Source: an uncultured Clostridia bacterium (GTDB lineage Bacteria > Bacillota > Clostridia > Saccharofermentanales > Saccharofermentanaceae). From it: a stretch of 64,000 bases of DNA. Position 1 is the stretch's first letter; each line of letters opens with the position of its first letter. The notes beneath the pieces were generated by a model that saw nothing but the letters and a program-made list of their open reading frames with translations, searched no databases and was not told the DNA's origin. Both the position numbers and the translations under genes were made by a program. Where the stretch lies: positions 25,450 to 89,449 of the forward strand of contig CAMHSJ010000006.1 in the NCBI GenBank assembly GCA_946187935.1, in the 5' to 3' direction. Of the stretch, positions 1 to 10,690 are shown in pieces.

Positions 1-321
1 GGCAACGAGAACATCATCCTCTGCGAAAGAGGCATCAGAACTTACGAGACATATACCAGAAATACATTTGATCTTTCAGCCATCCCCGTCCTTCACGAGC
101 TCTCACACCTCCCTGTCGTAGCTGACCCTTCACACGCCACAGGCAAGAGGTCGCTCATCGAGCCCATGTCGATGGCAGCAGTCGCTGCAGGCGCCGACGC
201 TCTTGAGATCGAAGTCCACCCCAACCCTTCAAAGGCTTTGTCTGACGGCGCACAGAGCCTTACGCCCGACATGTTCGTTGACGTAATGAAGAAGATAAAC
301 GCAGTGCGTTCGATCATCTGA
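1..321 (+). CDS. aroF: DAHP synthase (class I beta), 3' part only, truncated by window start
   Basis: Frame 1 (absent from ORF track) reads [16 protein letters not shown]...[11 protein letters not shown]...[17 protein letters not shown], stop TGA 319-321. Confidence 0.93.
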   Translation, partial: GNENIILCERGIRTYETYTRNTFDLSAIPVLHELSHLPVVADPSHATGKRSLIEPMSMAAVAAGADALEIEVHPNPSKALSDGAQSLTPDMFVDVMKKINAVRSII

Positions 322-322
322 T

Positions 323-1180
323 ATGGATAAGTTTACTGTAGGCATAGTCGGGCTCGGACTCATCGGAGCATCCTTTGCAAAGGGTTTTAAGAGCAGCGGC
401 AAAGACATCAAGGTCATTGCATATAACCGCACCCAAACGACTCTTGATAAGGCAATAAGTGACGGAAATGCTGACGGCATTTTAGATGGAAGCAGTATAG
501 CGGAGTGCGATCTTATAGTCCTCGCGCTCTACCCTGAGGCAAGCGTCTCCTTCCTTAAGGAGAACGCGCCTCACATTAAGAAAGATGCCATAGTTACCGA
601 TGTCTGCGGCCTTAAAAGATACATCTGCAATGAAGGCTTTGCCCTCGCAGCAGAATACGGCTTCACGTTCATTGGCGGTCACCCGATGGCAGGCACGCAG
701 TTCTCGGGATACGACAACTCCAAAAGCGACATGTTCAATGGAGCTTCCATGATCCTCGTCCCTGATGCGGCCACTCCTGATGAGAAGATCGAAAAGCTCA
801 AGGCCATGCTCTCTAATCTTTCCTTCGGCAGGTTCGTCATTACGGATCCCGGATACCATGATAAGATGATAGCAATGACATCGCAGATGGCTCACTTAGT
901 CTCAAGCTGCTATGTTAAGAGCCCCGGAGCAGAAGAAGCGGAAGGCTTTACGGGAGGCTCCTTCCAGGACCTTACCAGGGTGGCATACCTTAATGCAGGC
1001 ATGTGGACGGAGCTGTTCCTTGAGAACAAAGACTATCTTCTGGAAGAGATAGAAGCTGTTCAGAAAGAACTGGAGCTGTACAGAAGAGCAATAGCAGCTT
1101 CCGACGACAAAGAACTCTACAGGCTCCTTGATGAGGGAAGCAGGATAAAAGAGAGGATACTGGGTAATGCAAAGGATTAA
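323..1180 (+). CDS. tyrA: Prephenate dehydrogenase
   Basis: Rossmann GIVGLGLIG, FIGGHPMAG, HD..IAMTSQMAH, GGSFQDLTRVA motifs; lies in aro operon. Confidence 0.92.
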   Translation: MDKFTVGIVGLGLIGASFAKGFKSSGKDIKVIAYNRTQTTLDKAISDGNADGILDGSSIAECDLIVLALYPEASVSFLKENAPHIKKDAIVTDVCGLKRYICNEGFALAAEYGFTFIGGHPMAGTQFSGYDNSKSDMFNGASMILVPDAATPDEKIEKLKAMLSNLSFGRFVITDPGYHDKMIAMTSQMAHLVSSCYVKSPGAEEAEGFTGGSFQDLTRVAYLNAGMWTELFLENKDYLLEEIEAVQKELELYRRAIAASDDKELYRLLDEGSRIKERILGNAKD

Positions 1181-2249
1181 TGTCAAGGCTTCAACAGATT
1201 ACGAGGTCGTCATTGGCGCAGGACTTCTGGATAAGTCAGGCTCTCTTATAAGGGAGGTTTGTCCCAAAGCGACCAAGGCGCTTATCGTAAGCGACACTAA
1301 TGTTGCGCCTCTTTATATGGACAGAGTTAAGTCTTCGCTTCTTAGCGAAGGCTTTGCTGTTTATGAGAGCGTCTTTGAAGCAGGTGAAGAGCGCAAGAAC
1401 ATAGATTCCATTATAGCCATGTGGGCTAAGATGGCAGAAGAAGGCTTTACCAGGACTGACATGGTAGTTGCCTTAGGCGGAGGCGTTACGGGCGACATGG
1501 CAGGCTTTGCGGCCGCTTCGTTTCTCAGGGGAATAAGAGTTGCCCAGCTGCCTACGTCTCTTCTTGCGATGGTCGATGCCTCCATTGGCGGCAAGACAGG
1601 CATAGATCTTCCCCAGGGCAAGAACCAGGTCGGTGCATTCCACCAGCCGTCCATCGTGATCGTGGACACGGACTGCCTTAAGACTCTCCCTGAAGAGACT
1701 TTCACCGAGGGCATGGGAGAGGTCATCAAGTACGCATACATAATGGACACTGATCTTTACGGGATCTTAAAGAATGTGTCTGACAAGAAGAATATAAGAG
1801 ATGACAGCATGATAATAGAAGTTATCATTGCAAAATGCGCTTCTGATAAGGCTTATGTCATTGAAATAGACGAGAACGACAACGGACTTAGGCAGACACT
1901 CAACTTCGGCCACACCGTAGGTCATGTCATCGAAAGAGACAATAACTTTACTCTTGCTCACGGCATGTGCGTTGCCAAGGGCATGGGCATCATGATCCGC
2001 GCGAGCGAAAAGGCCGGCAGGCTCGGCTGCAGCGAAGCCAAAGAGATGTTAGATCTCATTGAAGCTTATGGCCTTCCGTCAGATGATCCCATCACTCCCG
2101 AAGAGGCGACAAAGGGCGTCTTAAACGATAAAAAGAAGCGCGGCGACATCATATCGGTTATACTTGTTACATCTATCGGCAAGTCTGAGATCGTCAAGAT
2201 GACGCCTGATGAATTCAAGACATTTCTTAAGGAAGGCAAAGATCAGTGA
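1167..2249 (+). CDS. aroB: 3-dehydroquinate synthase
   Basis: ALGGGVTGDMAGF, PTSLLAMVDASIGGKTG, GEVIKY, LNFGHTVGH motifs. Confidence 0.96.
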   Translation: MQRINVKASTDYEVVIGAGLLDKSGSLIREVCPKATKALIVSDTNVAPLYMDRVKSSLLSEGFAVYESVFEAGEERKNIDSIIAMWAKMAEEGFTRTDMVVALGGGVTGDMAGFAAASFLRGIRVAQLPTSLLAMVDASIGGKTGIDLPQGKNQVGAFHQPSIVIVDTDCLKTLPEETFTEGMGEVIKYAYIMDTDLYGILKNVSDKKNIRDDSMIIEVIIAKCASDKAYVIEIDENDNGLRQTLNFGHTVGHVIERDNNFTLAHGMCVAKGMGIMIRASEKAGRLGCSEAKEMLDLIEAYGLPSDDPITPEEATKGVLNDKKKRGDIISVILVTSIGKSEIVKMTPDEFKTFLKEGKDQ

Positions 2250-3457
2250 TCGTATCCTTAAAGGGCAAAACATTTGATTTCACAGTGGAAGCTCCGCCTT
2301 CCAAGTCGATATACCACAGAGAGCTTATCGTGAGGTTCCTTCTGGGCGATACCGGGAACCTTGAAGATAAAGAAGGTGACAACGACGACTGCCTTGCGAC
2401 AAAAGCGTGCTTAAGAGCTCTTCTGCTAAGCAAGCCGGGCGAAGATGTTTTGCTTCCCTGCAAGGAAAGCGGATCGACTTTAAGGTTCATGATCCCCGTT
2501 GCGTCTGCATTCCTCTTAAGAGAGGGCAAAGCCGGCGGCAACAGGCTTATCTTCAGTACCGAAGGCCGTCTTTTTGACAGGCCTTTGGCGGAACTTGAAG
2601 ATGCCTTGAGGCCTCACGGGATAACTATTACCAAAGATGAAGATACCAGGACCATCATTGCATCGGGCATAATGACTCCCGGCAGATTTGTTATAGACGG
2701 CAGTGTCTCTTCGCAGTACATCTCAGGCCTTCTCATGGCGGCCGTACTGTTTGATGAAGACTTTAGCATCACGGTGACGGGCGGGATGAAATCCGTTCAC
2801 TATATCGAGCTTACACAGGATGTACTTGCCAAATACGGCATAGCATCAGAGTTAAAGGCTAATACTTATACAGTTGACAAAACGAATGTCATTAAGCCTG
2901 AAGGCGGTCTTAAAGTTGAAGGAGACTGGAGCAACGGAGCATTCCTGCTCTGTCTTAAGGCTCTTATCAGAAGGGGAGATATCAATGTGACCGGCCTTAA
3001 CATGGATTCGAGGCAGGGCGATACCGCAATATTGAGTTTTCTTGATGAAGCAAAGAAGACTGCAGGCAAAAAAGAAGTCTTCAGCTGCAGAGATATACCT
3101 GATATCGTTCCTTATATGGCAGTAACCTCGGCATTCTTCTTTGACAAGGCTGTATTCGAAGGGATCTCAAGGCTGCGCATCAAGGAGTGTGACAGGGTCA
3201 TGGCCGTAAGGGATCAGCTTGAAAGAGTCGGTGTAAAGACAGAAGAAACAGAAGACAGTCTCACGGTCTATGGTATAGGTAACAGGGAGATAGATGAGGT
3301 TATCTTTCTCCCGTCATATCACGATCACAGGATGGCGATGACAGCGGTCCTTCTTGCCGCGGCACTTGATGCAGATGTAGATATAGATGACATTGAATGC
3401 GTGAACAAATCCTTCCCGCAGCTTCAGGATTTGATCAGAAGGGAAATGATGCCATGA
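2246..3457 (+). CDS. aroA: EPSP synthase
   Basis: PPSKS..HR, ESGSTLRF, SSQYISGLL, KECDR, DHRMAM, KSFP motifs. Confidence 0.93.
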   Translation: MIVSLKGKTFDFTVEAPPSKSIYHRELIVRFLLGDTGNLEDKEGDNDDCLATKACLRALLLSKPGEDVLLPCKESGSTLRFMIPVASAFLLREGKAGGNRLIFSTEGRLFDRPLAELEDALRPHGITITKDEDTRTIIASGIMTPGRFVIDGSVSSQYISGLLMAAVLFDEDFSITVTGGMKSVHYIELTQDVLAKYGIASELKANTYTVDKTNVIKPEGGLKVEGDWSNGAFLLCLKALIRRGDINVTGLNMDSRQGDTAILSFLDEAKKTAGKKEVFSCRDIPDIVPYMAVTSAFFFDKAVFEGISRLRIKECDRVMAVRDQLERVGVKTEETEDSLTVYGIGNREIDEVIFLPSYHDHRMAMTAVLLAAALDADVDIDDIECVNKSFPQLQDLIRREMMP

Positions 3458-4548
3458 ACATGGAGAGCATTTTTAGAGGCGACAGATTAAAGCTTAAGAT
3501 CTACGGTGAGTCTCACAGCGAGACGATAGGTGTTTATATTGACGGGCTTCCGGAAGGAGTCACCCCTGACGAAGAGTTTGCGCAGAAGTTCATGCAGCGC
3601 AGGGCTCCCGGAAGGAATGCATGGTCCACTCCGAGGAAAGAGCCTGATACCCCTGTTTTCGAGAAGGAGGGGAGCACGCTTCATGCATATATCGTAAATA
3701 CCAACACCAAGCCCAAGGACTACGCGTCCATCATGAACAAGCCCCGTCCTTCGCATGCTGATTATACTGCCCCCATGATCTACGGCGGTCAGGCAGCGGT
3801 ATCAGGCGGAGGGATCTTTTCGGGCCGCATGACAGCGCCGCTTTGCATGGCAGGCGCCATCGCCTTGAACGAACTGTCCAAGATGGGCGTTAAGATCTAT
3901 GCGCACCTTAAGAGCATAGGTGATATCAGCGACGATAACTACTTTGACAACGGCGTAAACGATGAAAGCTATAAGAATGCTCTATCCAAGGTTCAGGTCA
4001 AGGATTTCCCCTGCGTTGACGATAAGAAAGCTGAGCAGATGAAAGATCTTATCGCCAAGGCAAGAGAGGACTTAGACTCGGTGGGAGGCGTTATAGAGTG
4101 CGTTGTCTACGGCCTTCCGGAAGGCTTAGGAGGCCCTCTGTTCGGAGGGATCGAGGGCAAGATCTCATCTTTGGTATTTGCCGTTCCCGCGGTTAAGGGC
4201 ATTGAGTTCGGCAACGGCTTTGAAGGCTCGAGATTAAGAGGCTCTGAGAATAACGATCCGTTCATGTTTGATGAGAGCGGCAGGATAAGGCTTAAGACAA
4301 ATCACAGCGGAGGGATATTAGGCGGCATAAGCGTAGGTGAAGCGGCGCCGGTTGTATTCAGCTGCGCCATGAAGCCCACGCCTTCCATCGGCAGGGAGCA
4401 GGAGACTGTAGACATCAAAGAGAAGGTCAATACGACACTCAAGATAGAAGGCCGTCACGATCCGTGCATCGCGCCCAGAGCAGTTCCTGTCATAGAAGCA
4501 GCCTGCGCCCTGGCGATCTATGATATGATCCTTACAAGGGAGGAATAG
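3454..4548 (+). CDS. aroC: Chorismate synthase
   Basis: GESHS, RPSHADY, SGRMTA, PAVKGIEFG, KPTPSI, GRHDPCI motifs; start moved to ATG 3454 (ATGA overlap with aroA stop). Confidence 0.96.
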   Translation: MNMESIFRGDRLKLKIYGESHSETIGVYIDGLPEGVTPDEEFAQKFMQRRAPGRNAWSTPRKEPDTPVFEKEGSTLHAYIVNTNTKPKDYASIMNKPRPSHADYTAPMIYGGQAAVSGGGIFSGRMTAPLCMAGAIALNELSKMGVKIYAHLKSIGDISDDNYFDNGVNDESYKNALSKVQVKDFPCVDDKKAEQMKDLIAKAREDLDSVGGVIECVVYGLPEGLGGPLFGGIEGKISSLVFAVPAVKGIEFGNGFEGSRLRGSENNDPFMFDESGRIRLKTNHSGGILGGISVGEAAPVVFSCAMKPTPSIGREQETVDIKEKVNTTLKIEGRHDPCIAPRAVPVIEAACALAIYDMILTREE

Positions 4549-4552
4549 AAAT

Positions 4553-6085
4553 ATGCCTGATCTGAATGAATTAAGAGAGCAGATAGATAACGTTGACGGT
4601 CAGATCATAGAACTCTTCGACAAGAGGATCGCGATAAGCCGCAAGATAGGAAACATCAAGCGCCTGACAGGCAAGGATGTTTACGATCCCGCAAGAGAAA
4701 AAGAGAAGATCGACAAGCTTTATGCCAGAGCCGGCTATGAGAGCAGGGCTTATGTCGAAGATCTCTACCGTGAGATGATGGCTTTATCCAAGAAGCACCA
4801 GTCCAAGCCCGCATTCGGCGTCCTGGGCAGGAGTCTGCCGCATACATATTCACCTGAGATCCATAACATACTGTGTCCTGATTACTCTTACGATGTCATC
4901 GAGATGGAGCCTGAGCAGCTGGATAATCTTTTCTCCTGCGGAGTCTTCAAGGGTTTTAACGTAACGATCCCCTATAAGAAAGAGGCAGCTTCGAGAAGTG
5001 ATGTCCTCGATGATGCAGCTGAGGCTACGGGCAGCGTCAACACGGTGGTCTTCGGAGATGACGGCAAGACATACGGCTATAACACCGACTGCTACGGCTT
5101 CATGTATATGGTATCCGGAAGCGGCATCGATATCAGCGGCGAGAAGGTCCTTGTGCTCGGCACCGGCGGCGCTTCTTCGTCCATTAAGTTCGCTCTTAAG
5201 GAGCTCGGCGCCGGCGAGATAATAGAATGCGGCAGAAAAAGTGAAGTTAATTACGGCAATGTTTATGAGATGGCAGGAGACTGCGGCGTCATAGTCAACT
5301 GCACTCCCGTGGGGACATTCCCCGATGTGGATAACAGCCTCCTTGAATTAGAGAAGTTCGGAAGGCTTAAGGCATGTTTTGATCTTGTCTATAACCCTTC
5401 GAGGACCAAGTTCATCCAGCAGGCACAAAAGCTCGGCATCAAGACAACGGGCGGCCTGCCGATGCTCGTCGCTCAGGCTTACAAGGCATCACTCCTCTTC
5501 AGGGGCGATAAGGACAGCGCCGCTAAGATCCCCGAAGGCAGGATAAAGGATATCGAGGACACAATAAGAGTGCTCGAAAAGCGTATGAGGAACATCACTC
5601 TCATAGGCATGCCGGGCTCGGGCAAGACAACGCTTGCCAAGAAGATCGCGAAGATCACGGGAAGGACCATGGTGGATCTGGACTGGGCATATAAGGACAG
5701 GTTCGGCATGACATCTGCCGATGCCATAGAAGGCCTGGGCGTTGATACATTCAGGGACAATGAGACGCTTGTAGCAGCCGAGATGCTGCCTAAGAGCGGA
5801 CTAGTCATCTCCTGCGGAGGCGGCATCGTCACAAGGCCTGAGAACGAGCTCTATGTAAGATGCAATTCCAATGTCTTCTATATCGAAAGACCTTTGTCGG
5901 GACTCTCGGATCACAACCGTCCCGAGACTATAATGCACGGAGTCGAAGCTTTGTACGAACAGCGCAAGGACAAGTACGAAACCTGGTGCGATCACAAGCT
6001 CTTCTTCGACAGATTTGAGAACTATGACGATTACACGAGTGCAGCCGTGTCCGAGATACTCGCCATATTAGACAGAGAGGAATGA
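4553..6085 (+). CDS. Fusion: chorismate mutase + shikimate dehydrogenase + shikimate kinase
   Basis: N-term LNELREQIDNVD..R..IS.KIG..K..DPARE (AroQ-type mutase); middle NVTIPYK, NTD, GTGGAS, DLVYNP (AroE); from aa ~345 IGMPGSGKTT, DLD, FR..E, SCGGG (AroK). Confidence 0.9.
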   Translation: MPDLNELREQIDNVDGQIIELFDKRIAISRKIGNIKRLTGKDVYDPAREKEKIDKLYARAGYESRAYVEDLYREMMALSKKHQSKPAFGVLGRSLPHTYSPEIHNILCPDYSYDVIEMEPEQLDNLFSCGVFKGFNVTIPYKKEAASRSDVLDDAAEATGSVNTVVFGDDGKTYGYNTDCYGFMYMVSGSGIDISGEKVLVLGTGGASSSIKFALKELGAGEIIECGRKSEVNYGNVYEMAGDCGVIVNCTPVGTFPDVDNSLLELEKFGRLKACFDLVYNPSRTKFIQQAQKLGIKTTGGLPMLVAQAYKASLLFRGDKDSAAKIPEGRIKDIEDTIRVLEKRMRNITLIGMPGSGKTTLAKKIAKITGRTMVDLDWAYKDRFGMTSADAIEGLGVDTFRDNETLVAAEMLPKSGLVISCGGGIVTRPENELYVRCNSNVFYIERPLSGLSDHNRPETIMHGVEALYEQRKDKYETWCDHKLFFDRFENYDDYTSAAVSEILAILDREE

Positions 6086-6086
6086 C

Positions 6087-6518
6087 ATGAAGATACTGGT
6101 GCTTAACGGACCCAACCTCAACATGCTCGGGATAAGAGAACCCGGCATCTACGGACATGAGACCTATGAAGATCTTATATCAATGATCGAAGAACACTGC
6201 AATGACAAGGGAATTGACGTAAAATGCCTTCAGAGCAACCACGAAGGTGACCTTGTGGACTATATACAGCAGGCATACTTTGATAAGGTCGATGGCATAG
6301 TGATCAACCCGGGGGCATATACACATACCTCTGTAGCGCTCCTGGACGCACTTAAGGCAGTATCGATCCCTGCAGTTGAAGTGCACATCTCCAAGGTGAA
6401 TGAGAGGGAGAGCTTCAGGCAGATATCCTACGTGTCTTATTACTGTGAGAAGACCATTACAGGCAAGGGTTTGCGCGGCTATATCGAAGCCATAGATCAC
6501 TTGGCAGACGGTAAGTAA
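6087..6518 (+). CDS. aroQ: Type II 3-dehydroquinate dehydratase
   Basis: LNGPNLNMLGIREP..YG, QSNHEG, INPGAYTHTS, EVHIS motifs. Confidence 0.97.
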   Translation: MKILVLNGPNLNMLGIREPGIYGHETYEDLISMIEEHCNDKGIDVKCLQSNHEGDLVDYIQQAYFDKVDGIVINPGAYTHTSVALLDALKAVSIPAVEVHISKVNERESFRQISYVSYYCEKTITGKGLRGYIEAIDHLADGK

Positions 6519-6595
6519 AGAAATGTAAATTTTTGATACACGGAGTTTGAACTGTAAAAGCCTGATACATAGATACGAGTCTATATAAATATCGC

Positions 6596-6624
6596 AGAGC
6601 CCGCAAATTGCGGACTCTTATTTT
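6596..6624 (+). terminator. Rho-independent terminator of aro operon
   Basis: AGAGCCCGCAA-A-TTGCGGACTCT stem followed by TATTTT. Confidence 0.7.
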
Positions 6625-6767
6625 GATTCCGACAAATTTGTAAAAGAAATTTATCATGTGTTTGATGGGACTGCTATATAGAAAACCATCTATATATTGC
6701 CGTTATGGAGCAATGCGCTTTGACTTTGCTCTCCACACTTAATATTATATTAGCGGAGGGCATTACT

Positions 6768-8486
6768 ATGCAGGACATTTGGACATCTTTAGTTGGTCTT
6801 TGCGCCGGTATGGCGATCTTCTTATACAGTATCAAGATGACGAGCTCGAGCCTCGAGTCTATCGCAGGAAACAAGATGAAGGACATCCTGGCTAAGCTCA
6901 CTGGCAACCGTTTTGTCGGGGTCGGAGTCGGAGCGGGAGTTACAGCTCTTATCCAGTCATCCACGGCGACCACAGTCATGGTCATAGGCTTCGTTAACGC
7001 GGGAATGATGAACCTTCATTCAGCACTCTGGATCATCATGGGTGCCAACATAGGTACCAACATCACTTCACAGCTTATCGCATTCGATGTCGGAGCCTTC
7101 GCTCCTATAGTAGCTCTCGTCGGTGCATTCTTCTGCATCCTCTCCAAGAACAAGAAACTCAAGATCTTAGGTGAGATCGTTACAGGCATCGGCTTCATCT
7201 TCCTCAGCATGAGCATGATGACCTCTTCCATGGAACCTTTATCCCAGCTCCCCAAGATCAAGGAGATCTTCGCGAGCATCAACAACCCCATCCTGGGAAT
7301 ACTTACGGGAATCCTGTTCGTATTCGTTATCCAGAGCTCTGCCGGCGGTCTCGGCGTTCTGCAGGCCATGGCAATGTCTTCTGCAGGCGCAAGCCTCATC
7401 TCGCTTGAACAGGCTATGTTCATTATCTTTGGTCTTAACATCGGCACATGCTTCCACGCAGTCCTCGCTGCCATAGGCGGTTCGAGAAATGCCATGAGGG
7501 CAGCACTGATGCACCTTATATTCAACGTATTCGGCACAGTCCTGTTCTCAGTCCTTGCTCTCATACTTCCTGTTGCCAAGATGGTCGCATGGCTGTCGCC
7601 TGACGATCTTGCAAGACAGTTTGCGAACATGCACCTTGTATTCAACGTAGTGGCAACAATTCTCCTCCTGCCTGTAGGCGGCATCATCGTTAAGGTGGTA
7701 AACCTCATACTTCCCGAGAAGAGCAGCGAGCAGGACGGCGTCCTCTACCTCAAGTATCTTAACCCGAACATGCTTACCAAGGACCTGCACCTCAGCACTC
7801 CGATCCTCATCCAGGCTCTGTCCAATGAGATCGGCAGGATGCTCATAATGGCAGGCAAGAACGTCAAGAAGAGCATTGAATCCGTCATAGACAACAGCGA
7901 AGAGATCCAGAAGGAGATCAATGCCACTGAGGAATATATCGATTATCTCAACAAGGAGATCTCTTATTACATCTCGCACACCATGGTCTTCGATCTCGAA
8001 GAAGATGACGCCGTAACGATGAGTGCCATGTTCAAGATCACGGGCAACATCGAGAGGATGGGCGACCATGCCGTAAACATCGCAGGCTATGCCAACAAGC
8101 TCGAAGACAAGGGCCTTAAGCTTTCAGACAAGGCGCAGGCTGAAGTCAGGAACATGGTCGAAGTTGCAGATGAGGGATATAAGACCCTTGTCATGGCAAA
8201 GCCTAATTCCGTACACATAAGGATGGCCAAGATCGAGCAGAAGATAGACGACATGACAGATGACTACAGAGAGCATCAGTTGGAGCGTCTCAAGAGCGGA
8301 TGCTGCTCGGGTGATGCTTGCGTCATCTATTCGGAGATGCTTACGGATTTCGAGCGTCTGGGCGACCATATGCTCAACGTTGCCGAGGCCGCTGCAGAAG
8401 CAGGACTTAAGTCATTGGGACCTGAAGAGCTCAAGAACGCGGAAGAAGAGATCAAGCGCGCGGCTCAGATGGCTGCGGTCTCCTGA
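6768..8486 (+). CDS. Na+/phosphate cotransporter family protein with C-terminal PhoU-like domains
   Basis: QSSTATT, IMGANIGT, QSSAGG, GLNIGT repeats, ERMGDHAVNIA and FERLGDHMLNVA; start set at ATG 6768 after GGAGGG. Confidence 0.9.
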   Translation: MQDIWTSLVGLCAGMAIFLYSIKMTSSSLESIAGNKMKDILAKLTGNRFVGVGVGAGVTALIQSSTATTVMVIGFVNAGMMNLHSALWIIMGANIGTNITSQLIAFDVGAFAPIVALVGAFFCILSKNKKLKILGEIVTGIGFIFLSMSMMTSSMEPLSQLPKIKEIFASINNPILGILTGILFVFVIQSSAGGLGVLQAMAMSSAGASLISLEQAMFIIFGLNIGTCFHAVLAAIGGSRNAMRAALMHLIFNVFGTVLFSVLALILPVAKMVAWLSPDDLARQFANMHLVFNVVATILLLPVGGIIVKVVNLILPEKSSEQDGVLYLKYLNPNMLTKDLHLSTPILIQALSNEIGRMLIMAGKNVKKSIESVIDNSEEIQKEINATEEYIDYLNKEISYYISHTMVFDLEEDDAVTMSAMFKITGNIERMGDHAVNIAGYANKLEDKGLKLSDKAQAEVRNMVEVADEGYKTLVMAKPNSVHIRMAKIEQKIDDMTDDYREHQLERLKSGCCSGDACVIYSEMLTDFERLGDHMLNVAEAAAEAGLKSLGPEELKNAEEEIKRAAQMAAVS

Positions 8487-8487
8487 T

Positions 8488-9045
8488 ATGAACGAACGCG
8501 TAAACGTCGTTCTTTATGAGCCTGAGATACCCCAGAATACCGGCAATATAATGCGCACCTGCGTTGCAGCAGGCGTGGGGCTTCACATAATAGGGCCATG
8601 CGGCTTTGACCTTGAGGACAAGAGGTTCAAGAGGGCCACGACAAACCACATTACCTGGGCTGATTACGAATTCTATAAAGACTTTGGCGATTTTAAGTCA
8701 AGGCAGACGGAAGGCGAGTTCTTCTTCATGACAAGATACGGCAGGAAGGCTCCGTCTGATATTGATTTTGCGGGCATCCCCGGTGATAAGAAGATCTATC
8801 TGTTCTTCGGCAAGGAGAGCACAGGCATCCCCGAAGAGATATTAAGAGCCAACCTTGAAAGGTGCTTCAGGATACCCATGACAAAAGACTGCAGGTGTCT
8901 TAACCTGAGCAACGCCGCCGCCATCGTCATCTACGAGGCGATGCGCCAGTTAGGCTACCCCGGCCTTGCAACGGAAGAGGTCCAGAAGGGCGCGGATCAT
9001 CTGGAAGAATACTCCTATGATGCCACGCTCAGATTAAAGCCTTAG
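8488..9045 (+). CDS. trmL: tRNA (cytidine/uridine-34 2'-O)-methyltransferase, SPOUT
   Basis: [38 protein letters not shown]; true start ATG 8488 rather than ORF-track 8260. Confidence 0.92.
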   Translation: MNERVNVVLYEPEIPQNTGNIMRTCVAAGVGLHIIGPCGFDLEDKRFKRATTNHITWADYEFYKDFGDFKSRQTEGEFFFMTRYGRKAPSDIDFAGIPGDKKIYLFFGKESTGIPEEILRANLERCFRIPMTKDCRCLNLSNAAAIVIYEAMRQLGYPGLATEEVQKGADHLEEYSYDATLRLKP

Positions 9046-9791
9046 AGAACTTTGTTGAGGAATGCCTTGAGCCTGTCGTTCTGAGGATTCGTGAAGATCT
9101 GCTCAGGCGTGTTCTCCTCTAATATCTTGCCCTGGTCCATGAAGATGACCCTGGTGCCGACTTCTCTGGCAAATCCCATCTCGTGCGTAACGCAGACCAT
9201 GGTCATGCCGCCGTCAGCAAGCTGCTTCATAACTTCGAGAACTTCTCCTACCATCTCAGGATCGAGTGCCGATGTCGGCTCATCGAAAAGCATGACCTCG
9301 GGCTCCATCATGAGCGCTCTTACAATGGCGATACGCTGCTTCTGTCCGCCTGAGAGCTGCGAAGGATATGAATCTATACGGTCCGCCAGATTTACTCTGG
9401 CCAGAAGGTCTTTGCAGCGCTTCTCCGCATCCTCAGCGGAAAGTCCCAGGATCTTCATCGGAGCAAGCGTCATGTTGCGCTTGATCGTGAGATGAGGGAA
9501 GAGGTTAAAATGCTGGAAGACCATACCCATCTTCTGTCTGAGCTTGTTTATGTCTGTCTTGGCCGAGAGCAGGTCCTCGCCTTTGAAGATGATGGATCCT
9601 GATGTCGGACGTTCGAGAAGGTTAAGGGATCTTAAAAAAGTCGATTTGCCTGAACCTGAAGGTCCTATTACAACTACCACTTCGCCCTTGCGGATGTCGG
9701 TGGAGATGCCGTCTAACGCCTTGATGGCGCCGCCGTTATAGTGCTTGCACAGATCCTTAACGGAGATCAATACATCATTATCAGCGCTCAC
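9042..9791 (-). CDS. Polar amino-acid ABC transporter ATP-binding protein (GlnQ family)
   Basis: [44 protein letters not shown]. Confidence 0.95.
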   Translation of the reverse strand: MSADNDVLISVKDLCKHYNGGAIKALDGISTDIRKGEVVVVIGPSGSGKSTFLRSLNLLERPTSGSIIFKGEDLLSAKTDINKLRQKMGMVFQHFNLFPHLTIKRNMTLAPMKILGLSAEDAEKRCKDLLARVNLADRIDSYPSQLSGGQKQRIAIVRALMMEPEVMLFDEPTSALDPEMVGEVLEVMKQLADGGMTMVCVTHEMGFAREVGTRVIFMDQGKILEENTPEQIFTNPQNDRLKAFLNKVL

Positions 9792-10581
9792 TGTTTCTCA
9801 GCCTCCTCTCGAGTAAGGATACGAGCTTGGTAAAGAACATTACGATGACAAGATAGATCAGGGCTACTGCGATAAGAGGCATGTAAGCCGAGTAAGACAG
9901 GGATCTTATGATGTCTCCGCCCTTGGACAGGTCCTCGAGACCGACGTAACCTGAGATGGACGTTTCCTTGATAAGAACTATGAACTCGTTGGCCAGTGCG
10001 GGCAGAACGGTCTTTAATGCCTGAGGGATGATGATGTAAGCCATGGTCTGGATGTAGTTAAGTCCCAGAGATCTGCCGGCTTCGAACTGGCCCGGGTCGA
10101 TGCTCATGATGCCGCTTCTTATTATCTCGGCGACATAGGCTCCTGAATTGATCCCGAATGCGAGAGTCGCGATGAGGATCTTGTTGTTGGAACTCTTCCA
10201 GATGATGAAGTATGCGATCATGAGCTGTACGACGGTAGGGGTGCCCCTTATTACCGTGAGATAGACCCTGCTGATATTGTCCAGGATGCCGAGAACGGTC
10301 TTTCCCAGTCCGGGATGGAGCTCGTCGTCGAGCTTGTCGTGTGAAGATCTGATTATCGCTACTATTACGCCTAAGGCAATGCCTATGAGCGTCGCAAAGA
10401 AAGTAACGGTAAAGGTAACGCCGAGACCCTTGAGGATATACTTGTACCTGTTGCCCGTTACGAAGTTATTTATAAAATCGAGCTTAAGGCTGGTCCAGGT
10501 CTTAAGAAGCCAAGCCCAAACAGTGGCAAAAAAGCCCGATGGCTCAGCAGTCTCTAAAACGATGCGCGTTAACGCGTCCAT
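9781..10581 (-). CDS. Polar amino-acid ABC transporter permease
   Basis: [34 protein letters not shown] motifs. Confidence 0.94.
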   Translation of the reverse strand: MDALTRIVLETAEPSGFFATVWAWLLKTWTSLKLDFINNFVTGNRYKYILKGLGVTFTVTFFATLIGIALGVIVAIIRSSHDKLDDELHPGLGKTVLGILDNISRVYLTVIRGTPTVVQLMIAYFIIWKSSNNKILIATLAFGINSGAYVAEIIRSGIMSIDPGQFEAGRSLGLNYIQTMAYIIIPQALKTVLPALANEFIVLIKETSISGYVGLEDLSKGGDIIRSLSYSAYMPLIAVALIYLVIVMFFTKLVSLLERRLRNSER

Positions 10582-10623
10582 GTGTTACCTCCGTTTTTCA
10601 AACAAGGCTTATATTTTATAAAG

Positions 10624-10660
10624 AAAACAGGCGGAAATAAAGACCTATTTCCACCTGTTT
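10624..10660 (-). terminator. Intergenic stem-loop after substrate-binding gene (terminator or mRNA stabiliser)
   Basis: AAACAGGCGGAAATA ... TATTTCCACCTGTTT inverted repeat. Confidence 0.55.
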
Positions 10661-10690
10661 ATGCATTTTTAAACCTTAAGTCTGAACGAA

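Noticed and set aside
7016-8069. Long antisense ORFs (230, 173, 91 aa) over the Na/Pi transporter
   Set aside because: Shadow frames of a well-supported gene; no RBS, motifs or domain-like sequence
8260-8487. 76-aa N-terminal extension of trmL in the ORF track
   Set aside because: Overlaps the transporter's coding end; family homology begins at Met 8488
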